Shown: piece after piece, positions 61,498 to 64,000 of the stretch
Numbering within the stretch: position 1 is the first letter of the stretch
Layout: each line of letters starts with the position of its first letter
Assembly (NCBI GenBank): GCA_963775425.1
Contig: CAVZJB010000006.1
Span: forward strand, 1-64,000
Direction: 5' to 3'
Origin: an uncultured delta proteobacterium
Lineage (GTDB): Bacteria; Myxococcota; UBA727; VGSZ01
DNA: 64,000 nt
The notes under the pieces: model-generated
The model's input: the letters and a program-made list of their open reading frames with translations, nothing else
Databases searched by the model: none
What the model was told of the DNA's origin: nothing
Made by a program: the position numbers and the translations under genes

Positions 61498-63759
61498 ATG
61501 GTCTCCGGCTCCTCGATTCTCCCAGAAACAGACACGCCCGGCGCGGGCGGGCGCAGCGCCGTGTCGCCTCCGGCCTTCAGCATCGCACGGGCCGGGAGGA
61601 TGACGCGGCTGGTGCTCGGCGCCGAGACGCCGCCGATGCCGGTGTTCTTCGCGCCCGACGCCCCCGCCTTCACGCGTGACGCGGACGCCTTGGGCCCCGG
61701 CGCGGACGGCGCCTTCGACCTCGCCGGCGTCTCCGTGCGCGTGGGGCACGAGCCGCTGCGCGTCGACGTCGACGTCGGCGGGGCCGACATCTACGGCTTC
61801 GGCGCCGCCACGGGCGCCCCCACGAGGAACGGCGCGCGCTTTCGCATCATGACGCTCGACACGCTCTTTTACGGCGTGGAGGGCGCGAGCTACACGGCCA
61901 TCCCGTTCTTCATCGCGCGCGACAAGAGCGGCCGCACGTTCGGCGTGATGATCGCGACGACCTATCCCCTCGACGTCTCGGTGAGAGACGGCGCCGTCAC
62001 CGCGCGCGCGCACGTCGACACGGAAGGTGCGCCCGCGGACGTCATCGTCTTCACGGGCGCGCCGCGGGAGATCGTCACGGACCTCGCGTCGCTCGTGGGA
62101 AAGACGTTCCTGCCCCCCGCGTGGGCGCTCGGCTTTCACCAGAGCCGTTGGTCGTACAAGACCAGCGACGTCGTCCTCGACGTGGCCAAACGGTTTCGCG
62201 CCGAGGAGCTCCCCGCCGACGTCATCCACCTCGACATCCACTACATGGACGCCTACCGCGTCTTCACGTTCTCGCCCGAGCGCTTCCCGCAGCCGAAGAA
62301 GATGCACGAGGAGCTGCGCGCGCTCGGCTTTCGGACGATGGCCATCATCGACCCGGGCGTGAGCGTCGCGCCGTACCCCGTGTTCGAGGAGCTGCGCTCG
62401 AGCGACATGCTCCTGAAGCGCCGGGACGGCAGCGCCTTCGAGGGCAAGGTGTGGCCGGGCGCCACGGTGTTCCCCGACTTCTCCCATCAGCGCGTGCGCG
62501 AAGCGTGGGGCGCCTTCCACGCGCCTCTCGTCGAGGCCGGCGTCTCCGGCTTCTGGAACGACATGAACGACCCGGTCTTCCACGTCGGCCGCCGCTACGA
62601 CCCGATGGCCGAGGACGTGCGCGACCACAAGAAGAACCGCAACGTCTACGCCAACGGCATGGCCCAGGGGACGGTGGCCGGCCTCGACAAGCTCCGCCCC
62701 GGCGTTCGCTCCATGGTGCTGACGCGTTCGGGCTTCCTCGGCATCCAACGCCACAGCGCGGTGTGGACCGGCGACAACCACAGCACCTGGGAGCACCTGC
62801 GCGAGAACGTGAACATGGCGCTGAACCTCGGCGTGTGCGGCGTGTCCGTCGTCGGCGCCGACGTCGGCGGCTTCGGCCGCGGGCCCGGCAAATACGGTGC
62901 GCTGAAGCCGTTTCGCCCGAGCGCGGAGCTGTTCGTGCGCTGGATGGAGCTCGGCGCGCTCATGCCGTTCTTTCGCGTGCACTGCACGCTGTACGCGCGG
63001 CGACAGGAGCCGTGGAGCTTCGGCAAGAAGGCGCTCGAGCTGTCGCGCCGCATCCTGCGCCGGCGCTACGCGATGCTGCCGCTCCTGTATCGCGCGGCGC
63101 TCGAGGCGCACGAGACGGGGCTGCCGTTGGTGCGCCCGCTGTGGTTGTCGTTCGACGACGTCCCCGCGGGCGCCGGCGACAGCCAATTCCTCGTCGGCGA
63201 CGCGCTGCTCGCGGCGCCGGTGCTCGAGGCGGGGCAGACGAGGCGCGAGGTGTGGCTGCCGCCGGGCACGTGGGTGGACTGGAGCACCGGCGATGTTCAC
63301 GCGGGCGGGCGCACCGTCGTCGTCGACGCTCCGCTCGGCGCCACGCCGCTGTTCGTTCGCGGGGGCGCGGCGCTGTTCCTCGCGGAGCCGCGCAGGAACG
63401 CCGAGGAGACCCTGCGCGCGCCGCTGTCGCTCGAGGTCAGCGCGCCGCCGCCGGGAGAGCGCGGCACCGGCTCGCTGTTCCTCGACGACGGCGAGAGCGC
63501 GGCGCGTGGCCGCTTCGTCCTCGACGCCGGCGTCGAGGATCTCGGCGGCCGGCTGCGTGTCTCGTTCGAGCGGCGCGACACGTCGTTCACGCCGTCGCAG
63601 GCGGACCTCGAGCTGCGCGCGCCGCGGGCGTTCACGGCGGCGGTGGTCGACGGCGTCCGCGTGCCGCTGACCGAGCGCCGCCTCGACGACGCGCAGCGCG
63701 CGTGCACCGTCCAGGCGGCGCGGGTCTCGCTCGGCGCGCGCGAGATCGTCCTCGAGTGA
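61498..63759 (+). CDS. Glycoside hydrolase family 31 (alpha-glucosidase-like)
   Basis: PPAWALGFHQSRWSY, LDIHYMD, IIDPG, WNDMNDP, WTGDN, GADVGGF, PFFRVH, LAAPV; start uncertain. Confidence 0.93.
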   Translation: MVSGSSILPETDTPGAGGRSAVSPPAFSIARAGRMTRLVLGAETPPMPVFFAPDAPAFTRDADALGPGADGAFDLAGVSVRVGHEPLRVDVDVGGADIYGFGAATGAPTRNGARFRIMTLDTLFYGVEGASYTAIPFFIARDKSGRTFGVMIATTYPLDVSVRDGAVTARAHVDTEGAPADVIVFTGAPREIVTDLASLVGKTFLPPAWALGFHQSRWSYKTSDVVLDVAKRFRAEELPADVIHLDIHYMDAYRVFTFSPERFPQPKKMHEELRALGFRTMAIIDPGVSVAPYPVFEELRSSDMLLKRRDGSAFEGKVWPGATVFPDFSHQRVREAWGAFHAPLVEAGVSGFWNDMNDPVFHVGRRYDPMAEDVRDHKKNRNVYANGMAQGTVAGLDKLRPGVRSMVLTRSGFLGIQRHSAVWTGDNHSTWEHLRENVNMALNLGVCGVSVVGADVGGFGRGPGKYGALKPFRPSAELFVRWMELGALMPFFRVHCTLYARRQEPWSFGKKALELSRRILRRRYAMLPLLYRAALEAHETGLPLVRPLWLSFDDVPAGAGDSQFLVGDALLAAPVLEAGQTRREVWLPPGTWVDWSTGDVHAGGRTVVVDAPLGATPLFVRGGAALFLAEPRRNAEETLRAPLSLEVSAPPPGERGTGSLFLDDGESAARGRFVLDAGVEDLGGRLRVSFERRDTSFTPSQADLELRAPRAFTAAVVDGVRVPLTERRLDDAQRACTVQAARVSLGAREIVLE

Positions 63760-64000
63760 CGCCTGCTCCGGCGCGCGGCCCTCACGGGGCGTGAACGACG
63801 TTGTCGGCGCCCGGCGCGAGCGTGGCCGAGAGGCGGCGCCCGCCGGCCCGTATCCACACGGGACCGCACGGGGCGCCGTCGACGCGGGGGCCCGCGCCGA
63901 CCACCCAGGCCTCGCCGTCGTCGACGGCGCCGACGGCGACGCGGCCCGTCTCGTCCGCGCTCGCCGGGCCCGCGGCGGACGGGGCGCTGTCGTCGACGGC

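Noticed and set aside
63760-64000. Possible partial gene at the window end
   Set aside because: Low-complexity GC-rich sequence with no recognisable motif; a call cannot be supported.

Overview
High-GC bacterial chromosome segment. MYXO-CTERM-like sorting tails, eukaryote-like Ser/Thr kinases, Cys-rich lipoproteins with poly-(Gly-Glu) linkers and a receiver/coiled-coil protein point to a myxobacteria-like (Myxococcota) organism. About 55 CDS are supported; I see no rRNA, tRNA, CRISPR array or transposase. The standout is a six-gene ADP-ribosylation cluster at 24.6-30.6 kb: DUF1810, a macrodomain hydrolase, two tandem WGR-helical-ART (PARP-family) genes, an ADP-ribosylglycohydrolase and a coupled putative HTH/AbrB-like gene. 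The first PARP closely resembles eukaryotic PARP3 over its whole length, while the second is a divergent bacterial-type PARP. A second unusual operon (46.3-53.1 kb) encodes a degenerate NuoA-B-C-D module, whose NuoB-like subunit has no Cys at all, tightly coupled to an MscS-like channel and two cation:proton-antiporter-like proteins. Also present are a WGR-DNA ligase fusion, GTAG-type REP-like repeats that bracket a broken four-helix-bundle gene as inverted arrays, and three frameshifts sharing a GATC->GATTC signature (probably a systematic sequencing error). Family names come from motif recognition by eye, not database searches.
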